Assembly: GCF_006345805.1 (NCBI RefSeq) | Contig: NC_043013.1 | Location: 36,642,001-36,706,000, forward strand | From: Octopus sinensis | Lineage: Eukaryota | Length of the DNA stretch: 64,000 nucleotides | Direction of reading: 5' to 3' | Part shown: positions 12,630 to 24,324 of the stretch, in pieces | How positions within the stretch are numbered: position 1 is the stretch's first letter | Layout of the letters: every line of letters starts with the position of its first letter | Translations under genes and position numbers: made by a program | The notes under the pieces: model-generated | The model's database searches: none | Seen by the model: the letters and a program-made list of their open reading frames with translations, nothing else | What the model was told of the DNA's origin: nothing

Positions 12630-13170
12630 TTTGTTATTTTGTCATTGCCATCATAGCCAACTTCCTTGAACCATCACAATCATCATCATCAACATCATCA
12701 TCATCATCACCACCACCACCACCACCACAGCCACCAACATGATGATGATCATTATCATCATCACGAAGATGGTGACGATGATGGTGGTGATGAAGTTGGT
12801 AACATCAACATCAGTGTCATAGTCATCGTCATCATTGTTATGATAATGATGATGATGATGATGATGATGGTGGAATCATCACTGCCACTGTAAATGTTGC
12901 CATCGTCATCTTCCTTGTTGTTGTCTTCGTTATCATCATCATTGTTATCACCATCACCATCATCATCATCTTCATCGTCATCACCAACAGTAGCAGCAAC
13001 ACTATCATTATCGTCATTGACGTCTTCCTTCTCTTCATCGTCATCTTCATCACCATCATTGTCCTCCTCCTCATCCTCCTCTTCCACCATTTCCTCTTGC
13101 TCATCATCACCATCATCAACATTTCTTTACCACCCATGTTATATATATATATATATATATATATATTTCA
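12630..13170. repeat. (CAT)n/(CAC)n/(GAT)n compound trinucleotide tract followed by (TA)n
   Basis: Directly visible; explains the poly-H/D/S/M ORFs. Confidence 0.9.
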
Positions 13171-14768
13171 CTGTACATAATCTAACACTAATATTTGCTC
13201 ACATCTCATAATGCCCTGCCATCCTCAGATATTAAGCAAGGATTGCTAAGCCCCTACTTCTTTCCTTACACTGAACTTACTGCTGCCAATCCCTTAATTT
13301 CTGTATAGAATCCACAACCAACGAATCACCCTCTTCTCAACCTAGAATTTCCCTGCAAATCTTCCGACTATACACAACACCTAAACCATTGTTGCAACGC
13401 AGAATTCATCGCTAGACTAAAGGGCATTCGATATTTAATTAACCACTCTAAATAAAACAAGCTTCTGTTTGCTTATGGTGATTGGACAACACCACTACTC
13501 ATATTATTATTATTATCATTATTATTATTGTTATTATTATTATTATTATTATTGTTATTATTATTATTACAGTTATTGTCCCTATTTGTTTTTGTGCACA
13601 GTCCTCATGGCCAATAAAGAAATTATTATTTTCATTATTATTATTATCATTAATAATGTTGTTGTTGATGATGACGATGGTGTCCTTGCTGATGTTATTG
13701 TCGTTGTTGTTATAATTTGTTTTGTTTTGTTTTGTCATGTTTTTATTTTTGACTCTTACACCACAAGCCATCAAGCCTGCCTGCTACAAAACATTAAAAC
13801 AAACAATAAATATTGAAAATAAAAACCGGAGCGATTATTTATACCAAAACAACAACCAAAGCGCTATCAATCTGAACCAATCAAAAGAATTTTGTATATC
13901 ACTTTAATATCTTCAGTTGTTGTGTAAAGAAACTTCTTCTCCTGGTTGTCAAGGCGACACCAAGAAGAAAACTAAGAAATAACACACACACACACACACG
14001 CACACACATGCATACACATATACACGCACACACAAATACACACATACACATATATGTATGCAAACAAACACTTACACGTTCGTAGAATAAAACTTGTAAT
14101 TCAAACAAACTAAGAAAAAAACAAAACAGCGGTAAGAAACAAACAAAAGAATACTAAATAAGCCGCAAAAATAATAACAAAATAATACAAAATATTCAGT
14201 AAGACCGAAGTAAAAGGAAGCAGAAAGAACAAACATATATTGAAGAAATGAATTTTTCTGTTTGTATGACGCGTTTAATATATGCTTGTCACATAATGGA
14301 GGGCATATATCGATTCCTTCCACTGGCACAAGGTTACATATATTGTACGGTTAACGATATATGTATATAATTGATTGGAATTGATCCGACTATATAGCCG
14401 TACTCTTCACAATGATGACGGCGACGACGAAGATGATGATGAGTGTGATGAGGATGATGATGATGATGATGATGGTGCTCGTACATGTTTCATTCATTAG
14501 TTAAATAAAAAAAAATAAATGATGGAAGACGTTGATCCATTCCATAAACAAAAATGCAGAGTTGGAACCCAGAGAATGTATATCTTCAGAGCAGATCTTT
14601 TGCACACTGATATCTGTTTTTTTTTTTTGTTATTGTTTTTGTGTTTTCTTGATTTTTTTTTTAATCTTTTAATCTTTTCAAGACTGATTAAATACTCAAT
14701 GATGATGATGATGATGATGATGATGATAATAAAAATAATAATAATAATTATAATAATAATAATAATAA

Positions 14769-14990
14769 TCCTTTCTACTAAAGGCACAAAGTCTGAAATT
14801 TGGTGGAAGGGGACTAATCGGTTAGATGCCCCCCCCCAATCCCGTGTTTCACTGGTGCTTTATCTATTGACCCCAAAAGGATGAAAGGCAAAGTTGACCT
14901 CGGAGGAATTTGAACTCAGAATGTAGAGACAGACGAACTGCCGCCAAGCATTTTGCCTCATGTGCTGACAATTCTAATAGCTCACTACCT
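14769..14990 (-). mobile_element. SINE family A copy embedded in TAA array
   Basis: Consensus match; (TAA)n on both sides. Confidence 0.85.
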
Positions 14991-15024
14991 ATTTAATAAT
15001 ATAATAATAATGATAATAATAATA

Positions 15025-15067
<43 letters not shown>

Positions 15068-15092
15068 GGATGATGATGATTATAATAATAAC

Positions 15093-15285
15093 GGGTTCCA
15101 AATTTTGGTACAAGGCCTGTAACTCCTGCGGAGGAGGTAAGTTGTTTACACCAACCCCAGTGCCCAACTGGCACTTATCTATCATCTCTGAAAGGATAAA
15201 ATACAATGTTAACCTTTGTGGAATTTGAACTCAGAACATAAAGACACACAAAATGCCCCTAAGCATTTTGTCCAACATACTAACA
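15093..15285 (-). mobile_element. SINE family A copy (diverged)
   Basis: ggtacaaggcc..ccccagt..ctggcactta..gaaagga..ggaatttgaactcagaac..aagcatttt. Confidence 0.75.
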
Positions 15286-15303
15286 ATTATTACTATTATT
15301 ATT

Positions 15304-16331
15304 CAGTAGTCTTATTTCTATCATGTGCTTTCACTGCATTACTGAGTACAGATCTGTGTGCCTTGGGTATGTGCTGTGCCTAGTAGTGCTATTTTCTGTA
15401 TGTTATATATACTTGTAAGTCCTGGCAATTTTGTTATGTATTTGTCTGAATGTTTTTTCTTCATACATAATGCACCAACTATATTAGGAATTGTTTCTGT
15501 TTTTAGGCTCCACATTCGAGTTACCTCTATTTCCAAATCTTTGTATTTTCAAAGTTTCTCTGTTTCTTTTATAGAAATGTCATCTGTTGGCATTGATGCA
15601 TCAATTAGAAAACATCTTTCTTGGTGATCTCTGACAACTATATCTGGTCTATTAGCCTTGATATCTATATCTGTGTGTATTGGCATATCCCAGAGTATGG
15701 TTGCTTTCTCATTTTCTGTGACCTTTTCTGGGGTCTGCCTATACCATCTGTTTTCTGTTGTTATTCCATTGTGTTGGCATAGCTTCCAGTGTATATAGGT
15801 TCCAACTCTGTTGTATTTGCGAATATATTCCTTCTTTGCCAATATTGGGAAGCCAGAGAAATATGGCTTATTGTTTTTTCTCCATCACCACATATTCTGC
15901 AGTTACTTGTATTTCTCTTTATTATATGTTCTTGGAGATTTCTGAGGAGAAGGCTTCTTAGCCATTGTTCGGATTTTGCTTTGGCTTGTCTTGCCATAGT
16001 TTTATCATGATCCATTGCTGTTCCAGTTTTAGTTCGAATTTCAGTTGTTTTACAGCTTTTGTTGTTTCTTCTTTTTCTTCATAGTTGTTAGGTACTATGA
16101 CTTCTGTTTTGTATTTGTCAGCTTCCTTAAAGACAGAAAACAGTTTTTTGTTTTGTTCATGTTTTGTGGTTATTTGTATTAGTTTCCTTGCTTCTGAAGT
16201 AGGTATTTCTGTAATCTTATGGTGGTTATTTTATAATAGTTTTCTAGCTGTATAAAGGCCTCTTTCACCTTCATCAATACATTGTATGTGTAACCTTTCT
16301 ATGTCAGACGTCGGGTGGTGCATGATTCCTG
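15304..16331 (-). mobile_element. Third R4/Dong-type family, 5'-truncated copy
   Basis: MHHP.SDIERL, CRICGDGE.TISH, YIHWKLCQH..WY..TPEKVTENEKATILWDMPIHTD..IKANRPDIVV..LIDASMP, IPNIVGALC..IQKIALLGTAH; TTA arrays on both sides. Confidence 0.88.
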
Positions 16332-16387
<56 letters not shown>

Positions 16388-16688
16388 TTTTTTTCTTCTT
16401 TCAAATTTGCTTCCATTTCTTGCCGAGTGTCTTCCCGACTCCTAGGGCAAAGAAACTCATAGTATACATTGGTAGGCCATTAAACCAAACTCAATAGTTC
16501 GTTCATTTTTTTTTTTTTAAGTTAAATTAAAATACATGAGCAGCAACAGTTCTCACATCGACAATGCTCTTCTCAATACGTGTGATGTACCAGTTAAGAC
16601 AATCTTTTGCACTTCTTGCAGGGATGGTAAGCCAGGGATCATTCTCATATAATTTTCGGTTCCCTTCTTGATCATTCCTAGTGCTCCT
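16388..16688 (-). mobile_element. Fourth R4/Dong-type family, ~300-bp 3' stub
   Basis: GALGMIKKGTENYMRMIPGLPSLQEVQKIVLTGTSHVLRRALSM* followed by 3'UTR; (TTA)n arrays at 16332-16385 and 16689-16762. Confidence 0.88.
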
Positions 16689-16704
16689 ATTATTATTATT
16701 ATTA

Positions 16705-16762
<58 letters not shown>

Positions 16763-16764
<2 letters not shown>

Positions 16765-16905
16765 TATGTTTGACTTTTGCTTTATATTTGTACAAGTTGG
16801 CTCCAAGTCTCACCCAGAGACCTCAAGAGACAACAGGTTGGAAGTTCATGTTGTTGTTATGCCTAGTGTGCCATATATTTGGTGTTGTACTAGTGAATGT
16901 CTAAA
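16763..16905 (-). mobile_element. 3'UTR-only stub of the same family as the 6521-9325 element
   Basis: Reverse complement is near-identical to 9177-9325 (gacattcactagtacaac..ggcacactaggcataacaacaacatgaacttccaacc..gtcaaacat); TTA arrays on both sides. Confidence 0.9.
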
Positions 16906-16924
16906 AAAAATATTATTATAATTA

Positions 16925-16955
<31 letters not shown>

Positions 16956-17848
16956 AATTATTATCATCATCATCATCATCATCATCATCATTATTATTAT
17001 TATTATTATTTATATTATTATCCATATTATCGTCATCATTATTATTATCATTATTATTTGATGTCCATTTTTCCGTATTGGCAAGTGTTGGACAGTTTGA
17101 CTGGATCCAGCAGGTGTGCCACAGGGCAGCACTTTGCCCCAGTGGTCTGCCTTGATATGGTTTTTTTTTATAGTTGGATGCCCTTGCAAACACCAACCAA
17201 TTTACAATATATCCTTGGTACTTTTTTTTTTACATACCACTGACATTAGATAGTTTTCCAAGTAAAGTGAAGAAAATACAGGAAAAGAGTTTAAAAGAAA
17301 AGCCCCTGCTATTAATTGAGAAGAGTATTTGAGAAGGGAAGGCTGCATCATATGAAAATGTTCAAAGGATAAAGTATGATTGAGGTGACAAGCACTGATA
17401 TCTTGCTACAGAGAAGATGCATGTCTGCTTAATATGTTACAGGGGTAGGTAGGAGTAACTGGAGTACCTGGAGAGAAGATAGAGACAGGTTTTGATGGAG
17501 TGAACTCTAAAGGTACAAGGAGGGGAGCATTAGAGAGGAAACAGGCAGTGGGTCAGAGAGGAGAGAAGAGAGTGGGTACCATTAGAAGAGTGTGAGGAGT
17601 GAGTAACAGATGGTTAGAGATTGAAGGTAGGGGTAGTGATTGACAAATTAGGGTGGGGGTTACAATTGAAATATCAGTATGGATAGATAGATAGAAGCTT
17701 CTCATGAAGGGAAAAATCAGGATGGGGGAGGGGGTTTAATATGCAAGGTGTAGGAGTGGTAATGAGGGAGATGTGTGTATATGTATTATATATACATACA
17801 CACACACACATATATATATACATACACACACACACACACACACACACA

Positions 17849-17879
<31 letters not shown>

Positions 17880-18318
17880 AGGAAACAATATGGAAAAATT
17901 ATATAAAATAAAATTTTTCAAACCTGAAATCAGAGAAACCTGATCCAGGTGAGTCAAATATGATATTTTTGTCCATACGAAAAATCAAACAGAAGAAAAA
18001 ACACTTATAGCCACAAACCGCAAATCATTTTTTTATACAAGAGACTTGGAACAACATGTGGTTCCTAAGATTTCCTTGTTCTCTTCTATCGTTTTCCCTT
18101 TTGTTATATATGTTTAAATTAATTATATATGCCAAATTCACCTTAAGAATATGTATACAATATCATTTCGGTTGAACTATGATACGAGAACATTTGTTCT
18201 ATGAAAATACTTCTTTTATAATTTAAAAAAATTATTCATACATATAAACAAAGAATAAAATTATTCCCCTCTTATGTTAAAAATTTTAACTTGTCTTAAT
18301 TACACAATATATATATAT

Positions 18319-18522
18319 ATCAAAATAAGCAGCAAGGATATCCAGAGGTAATGCAGTATGATCATTTCATGCAACTCGATTTAATTAAATTCTATGTCTT
18401 TGTGCAGCTGAAGATTGCTCTGCATTTTAAATTGATGTAATGACTGCATTGTTCAATTAAATGGAGTTGCATGAAACGATCGTACTGCATTACCTCTGGA
18501 TATCCTTGTTGCTTATTTTGAT
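18319..18522. mobile_element. MITE with ~70-bp terminal inverted repeats
   Basis: atcaaaataagcagcaaggatatccagaggtaatgcagtatgatcatttcatgcaactc pairs with gagttgcatgaaacgatcgtactgcattacctctggatatccttgttgcttattttgat, with few mismatches. Confidence 0.88.
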
Positions 18523-18655
18523 TTTAATCACCTTACTTTGAAGTTGTATGTATAATACTGTACTAAATTCGGTGCCTCAACTTAAGCATCATATACATCT
18601 GAATATATACATATATACATACATACATACATACATACATACATACATACATACA

Positions 18656-18716
<61 letters not shown>

Positions 18717-19089
18717 GATAACCAAGTGGAGTGTAGAGATTTATTCACATCCAAAACTTTCTCATTAAAAAGTTTTCTACAGCATATATAACAATGACCA
18801 ACATATGTTTCTGCTGCAGCAACTGCACATTGTATGTAATTATGAATCCTAGTCACTGCAACTTCATCAAGGCTCCATCAGTCACAACATTTTCAGAGTG
18901 AACTAATTCAAACAAGTATCTTATGTTGGTATCCAGTTGAAGGGGATAGGGTTACTTTTAAAATCCAAATTGAATTCTGGTCTTATAATCACCTCTACTG
19001 GTATTACAGTTGAAGTGTGGTTTTAAAATGTTTATTCAGATTACAATGAATTGCTGCAGTTTTGTTCACGTTTTGCTGTATGAAGTACA

Positions 19090-19515
19090 TAGGGCTAGAT
19101 TAAGACCCAATAAGGCTCTAAGCACTTAAAAGATTTTCATGCCTCCATAAAAGATTATCTAATTCAAAATATAAACAATAACAAACCATAAAATAAATTT
19201 TTGTTTTTCAAAATGAAACAAAACAGTAAGAGGGAAAATAATGTTTATTTTTGTATACTTCCACTTTATTTATATTTGAAAAGTTTCCTCCTACTTTCTT
19301 GAATTGCAAAGTCTTTGATCAGTTCCTCAAAATTAATCTTAGGTAACACATCTGCATCTACACTTAGAAGAGACAAAGGCATCCCGAATATTATTTCAGC
19401 AAGTTTAAAGTGATTTCCTTTGTGCCATAAACCATTTACTATTTCTGTGGTGCCTTCTCCTTACTTTGATGCCCTAGGCACATTTTTATTTTGCTTAATG
19501 GCTAATCCAGCAATG
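19090..19515 (-). mobile_element. Non-autonomous hAT transposon deletion derivative carrying the transposase C-terminus
   Basis: Imperfect TIRs tagggctagatta / cattgctggatta; 8-bp TSD gaagtaca (19082-89) vs gaagtgca (19516-23); minus-strand LSLLSVDADVLPKINFEELIKDFAIQESRRKLF resembles the end of the hAT dimerisation domain. Confidence 0.8.
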
Positions 19516-19611
19516 GAAGTGCATTATTTATTCAGAGGTATTTCGCTTATTTTGGGTTTATACCTTCAATTAATATTGTTATTCCTCCTCCTCCTCCTTC
19601 TCCTCCTCCTC

Positions 19612-19715
19612 GTCATCGTTTAACATCCGCTTTCCATGCTAGCATGGGTTGGACGATTTGATTGAGGACTGGCAAACTAGATGGCTGCACCAGGCTCCAA
19701 TCTGATCTGGCAGTT
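19612..19715 (-). mobile_element. RTE-like (GAT)n-tailed family E, truncated copy
   Basis: catcgtttaacatccgctttccatgctagcatgggttggacg..gctgcaccaggctcc; matches 23051-23260 in reverse. Confidence 0.75.
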
Positions 19716-20178
19716 TTATTTGCATAAATATCATTAATTATTACATGTGTGTGAGTATGCACATATATAGATGTTTCTGTGTGCATGCATACGGGTATGT
19801 GCGTATATAGACGTGTTTTACTCTTATTGTTCATTTTTTAATATTTCCTTACACTTTCTGTATTGTTGCTCTTTGCCCTGTTTTTTCTTGTATATATATA
19901 TATTTTTGGCGAATGGTGTGGGTGAGAATGTATATGTTTTAAGTGAGGGTGCATGAGTGTATACTTATAGGTGCATGTACGTGTGTGTCCAGGCGCACAT
20001 GTGTAGATATGGACATGCGCGCTTACGCGAATACTATGAACTTTTTTACCCCCTTACTTTTACTCCCTCCCTTCACTTTGAGGTCATTGAAATATCTCTT
20101 TTGTCTTAATAATGGTCAATCACACAGTAATTTCCCTTTGTTTAATGGTCATTTTCATAGCATTTTTTCCGAAGGTCG

Positions 20179-20239
20179 GATAACTGAAGAGTTGGCAGCA
20201 TGGATTTCCACCCCAACGTCCGAAACTCAGAGTTTTATC
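20179..20239 (+). ncRNA. Type I hammerhead-ribozyme-like motif
   Basis: Stem I gataa/ttatc; core CUGAAGA (20184-90); stem II gttgg/ccaac plus a 4-nt excess gtcc; GAA (20222-24); near-palindromic stem III ACUC-A-GAGU; H17=U. Confidence 0.6.
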
Positions 20240-20341
20240 ATGGCTACCAAATAATTGTCACATATTACATTTACAGATAAATTCCTCTATTTACATAATA
20301 GCGAGGTCTCTTTCATTCTTTTGTTGTCTTTCCATTTCTAT

Positions 20342-20388
<47 letters not shown>

Positions 20389-20577
20389 TATGTATTTAAC
20401 ACTAGTTATTTTAACAAATCTACAGTTTTTAGTTACCACTTACTCCAAATAATTGGTAATAGAAACAGAATGCTATTGTGACAGCCTATTGTGAATAAAA
20501 TTTCAGAACATATTTAAAAGCTTATAGATGTATAGCTCTATATGTATTTATCCATAACACACAAGCCTATCGTATAC

Positions 20578-20718
20578 TTTTCTACACTAGGCACAAGGCC
20601 CAAAACTTTTGGGGAGGAGGGGGGCAGTTGATTAGATCGACCCCAGTTTGCAACTGGTACTTAATTTATTGACCTCGAAAGGATGAAAGGCAAATTTGAC
20701 CTCGGTGGAATTTGAATA
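20578..20718 (-). mobile_element. SINE family A, 3' part
   Basis: ggcacaaggccc..cgaccccagt..ctggtacttaattta..gaaaggatgaaaggcaaatttgacctcgg. Confidence 0.8.
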
Positions 20719-21001
20719 TACGATTTAAATGATGATGATGAAGAGGATGGTATGAAACTATGATGACTTTTGGTTTGTAACTGATGAAGGGTAGCATGTT
20801 TAAATGTTTTCTGTGCTTTTATCTTGTTTACCGTGTGTTCTTTTATTTTCATTCCATGCAACATTTTACTCTCCTTCCTTCTCTCTCTCTCCTCCCTCCC
20901 CTCTCTCCATACTCTTCTCTCTGTCTGTTTCTCTCTCTATACGTATGTTTATATATATATATATAAGCGTTTATGATTTTATGTATATAATAAATATATG
21001 C

Positions 21002-21036
<35 letters not shown>

Positions 21037-21836
21037 CCTTTCTCTCTCTCATATGTGTGTGTGTGTATGTACATATATATATATTATATATATATGTGTA
21101 TATATGTATGTGTATGTGTGTGTGTGTGTGTGTTTGTGCACATTTATGAAGCAGTGTTTGGGTAGTTCTTTGCTAAACCAAAAACCAATTACACCTGATA
21201 CACCGATTGCTGCTTTCCTCTATCACATTTGGTTGATTTTAATAGAAATATATATTATATAGCAACCATAAATTACTTTTTTCTTCATTTTCCTCTTTTA
21301 TTTTTTGTTTTGAACTTATCATCTATTTATTTACTTATTTATTTATCTATTTCTTGCTTGGTTTTCTATTGTTACCTTTATATATATACATATATATATA
21401 CATTTATACACACATATAGATATATATATTTACATATATATGTATAATTTTTTGCTTATTTTATTTTATTTTATTTTATGAAAAATTTTTTTTTTTTCCT
21501 TAATTTGTTTTCAAAGAAATCTTTTGATTAATAGGTGAAACAAAACAACACAAAAATAAAATAAAATAAAATGAAATAAATATGAAATAAATGAAAAGGA
21601 AATGTAAAGAAACAAGCAAATAAAATGGAAAAGAGATCGAATAATATTAAAAAGAAACAACACTGAAAATAGAAGAATAGAAATGTAATAAAATTGTAAA
21701 ATCTTAAAAGATAACAAAAGGTATTTGGGTGCTAAAGGAAAACAATATACATACATACATATATCTATAGACAGATATATATATATATGGAGAGAGAGAG
21801 AGAGAGAGATAGATAGATAGATAGATAGATATATCC

Positions 21837-21875
<39 letters not shown>

Positions 21876-21904
21876 TGTATGTATATATGTATGTATATAT
21901 GCAT

Positions 21905-21961
<57 letters not shown>

Positions 21962-21979
21962 AATGAATTCCTTATGTTT

Positions 21980-22181
21980 TGCACTCTCTCACTCTTTCTC
22001 TCTCTCTTCTTCTCTCTGTCTCTCTCTGTCTGTCTCTCTTTCTCTCTCTTTCTCTTTCTCTGTGTCTCTCTCTTTCTCTTTCTCTCTCTCTTTCTCTTTC
22101 TATCTCTCTTTCTCTATCTCTCTTTCCCTTTCTCTTTCTCTCTCTCTTCTCTTTCTCTCTCTCTCTCTTTCTCTCTCTTTC

Positions 22182-22212
<31 letters not shown>
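21980..22212. repeat. (CT)n/(CTTT) polypyrimidine tract
   Basis: Directly visible. Confidence 0.92.
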
Positions 22213-22292
22213 TTATATGTATATATAAACACACATTATACTCACATGCATTTATATGTCTTTTTATGTTTGCATATGAGCATGTGTATGTG

Positions 22293-22326
<34 letters not shown>

Positions 22327-22931
22327 GAGGAGACTCAAGACTGGTAATGCAAAGTCTAAAACCATCTTGCAATGCTCCATATAAAAGACTTTTGACCAAA
22401 TAAGAAAGAATACAAAATAAAGGTGAGTGAATGGTAGATGGCAGCTGATGACCATTGTTGCTGCTTCTGCCACAACTGCTGTCAACACTTCCACTGCCAC
22501 TGCAGTACTTCTCTTTGAAACTCTGAGTATCAAAAGTGAAGAAACAAATGGAATGCTTCAACCTTTGTGCTACCAGCACCAAATATGGAGTGTTGGGTCT
22601 TTTCTTTCTTCATAGACATTTCCTAATTACTCTGAGCTGCAATTTCTCTCCATTGTTTTGCAGTAATGATGGAACTTGGAGAATGCTGGTGAATGTAGTG
22701 GTTAGAAATGGTGAACAAGTGTGAAAGGTGGTCAGAGATGGATGTCCAGAAAAGTGGCTCAGGGGAGAGATTGTGACTGGCAGTACACAGAACAGCAGTA
22801 TAATAATAGCAATACAGTAGATAGGAGAACAATGAGAGATACACATAGATACACATTCACTGACATATACTTAATGTTCTATGTGATGTATTGTATATAT
22901 AGTACACTGTAGTCAATTATTATTATTATCA

Positions 22932-22991
<60 letters not shown>

Positions 22992-23050
22992 CATCTTCAT
23001 CATCATCATCATCATCATCATCATTATCATCATCATCATCATTATTATTA

Positions 23051-23260
23051 GGTAGCACGGCTCCTGTGCAGGTGGCACGTAAAAAGCACCCACTACACTC
23101 ATGGAGTGGTTGGCATTAGGAAGGGCATCCAGCTGTAGAAACACTGCTAGATAAGACTGGAGCCTGGTGCAGCCTTCTAGCTTCCCAGATCCCCGGTCGA
23201 ATCGTCCAACCCATGCTAGCATGGAGAACGGACGTTAAACGATGATGATGATGATGATGA
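23051..23260 (+). mobile_element. RTE-like family E, 3' end with (GAT)n tail
   Basis: ggcattaggaagggcatccagctgtagaaac..ccaacccatgctagcatggagaacggacgttaaacgatgatgatg. All copies in the window share this tail-adjacent end and vary at the other end; RTE assignment is inference. Confidence 0.75.
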
Positions 23261-23337
23261 GCGAGAGAGCAGTGCATGCCATCAAAGTGACACTAGGGTA
23301 CAAATATACAAAGCCCAGTATACCCATCATAACTACC

Positions 23338-23435
23338 TATTTCTTTACTACCCACAAGGGGCTAAACACAGAGAGGACAAACAAGGGCAGACAAACGGAC
23401 TAAGTCGATTATATCAACTCCAGTGCGTAACTGGT
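23338..23435 (-). mobile_element. SINE family A, alternative-tail 3' fragment
   Basis: tttctttactacccacaaggggctaaacacagagaggacaaacaagg is the reverse complement of the tail at 30090-30150. Confidence 0.8.
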
Positions 23436-23607
23436 TAAGGTCAAACAACTAACAAGCAAATCTGTGGTATTGAGCAGAATATTTACTGTAGCCCATTTTT
23501 GATACCAAGACAAAATAATGTACATGAAAACACTTCCAATCAGCTAAGATCAGAAGCTATGAGAGCCACTAACTAGTACTGCATAAGGCCATTTAATATT
23601 ATTATTA

Positions 23608-23655
<48 letters not shown>

Positions 23656-23656
<1 letters not shown>

Positions 23657-23950
23657 GTTTTTTCCTTCTTTCTTCAAATTTTCTTCCGTTTCTCGCCGAG
23701 TGTTTTCCATACACCTAGGGCAGAGAAGCTCATTGTATGCATTCCCAGGGTACACACGCAAATTCACAGATAAAATATGTATTTAAAAATTAATAAATAA
23801 ATAAATTCATGGATGGATGTTGTTTTCACAGCGATAATGCTTTCTCAGTACATGAGCCATTCCAGTTAATACGATTTTTTGAACTTCCTGTAGGGATGAT
23901 CAGTGCAAAAAAAATCGTATTAACTGGAACGGCTCATGTACTGAGAAGAG
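23656..23950 (-). mobile_element. R4/Dong-type 3' stub with inverted (fold-back) 5' junction
   Basis: Minus strand SLQEVQKIVLTGMAHVLRKALSL* plus UTR; 23842-23880 is inverted at 23909-23947; TTA arrays on both sides. Confidence 0.82.
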
Positions 23951-23952
23951 TA

Positions 23953-24017
<65 letters not shown>

Positions 24018-24025
24018 CATTATTT

Positions 24026-24258
24026 CGTTTATGCACAATAGAATAGACTATTGCAAAAAATTCCAATCTTCAGACTACAAGTAACCTAAGGTGTCAAGAA
24101 TCTTCCTAAGTTTCCTAGCTGCCCCTAATAACTGTTTTTCGGAGCTGCACTAAATTAGGTTTTATACCCTATCCATCTGTTCAAATCTTTAGAAATAGCT
24201 CCTAATGAACCTATAACTACAGGCATACATTTTACCTGCACTTTCCATAGCTGCTGTA
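24026..24258 (-). mobile_element. R4/Dong-type 3' stub of another family
   Basis: Minus-strand LQQLWKVQVKCMPVVIGSLGAISKDLNRWI..RKTV..GAARKLRKILDTLGYL* (approximate, with indels); TTA arrays at 23951-24023 and 24260-24345. Confidence 0.75.
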
Positions 24259-24285
24259 GTATTATTATTATTATCATTATTATTA

Positions 24286-24324
<39 letters not shown>

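Noticed and set aside
17934-17948. Possible 15-nt micro-exon before CAG|gtgagt
   Set aside because: Acceptor lacks a polypyrimidine tract; unsupported.
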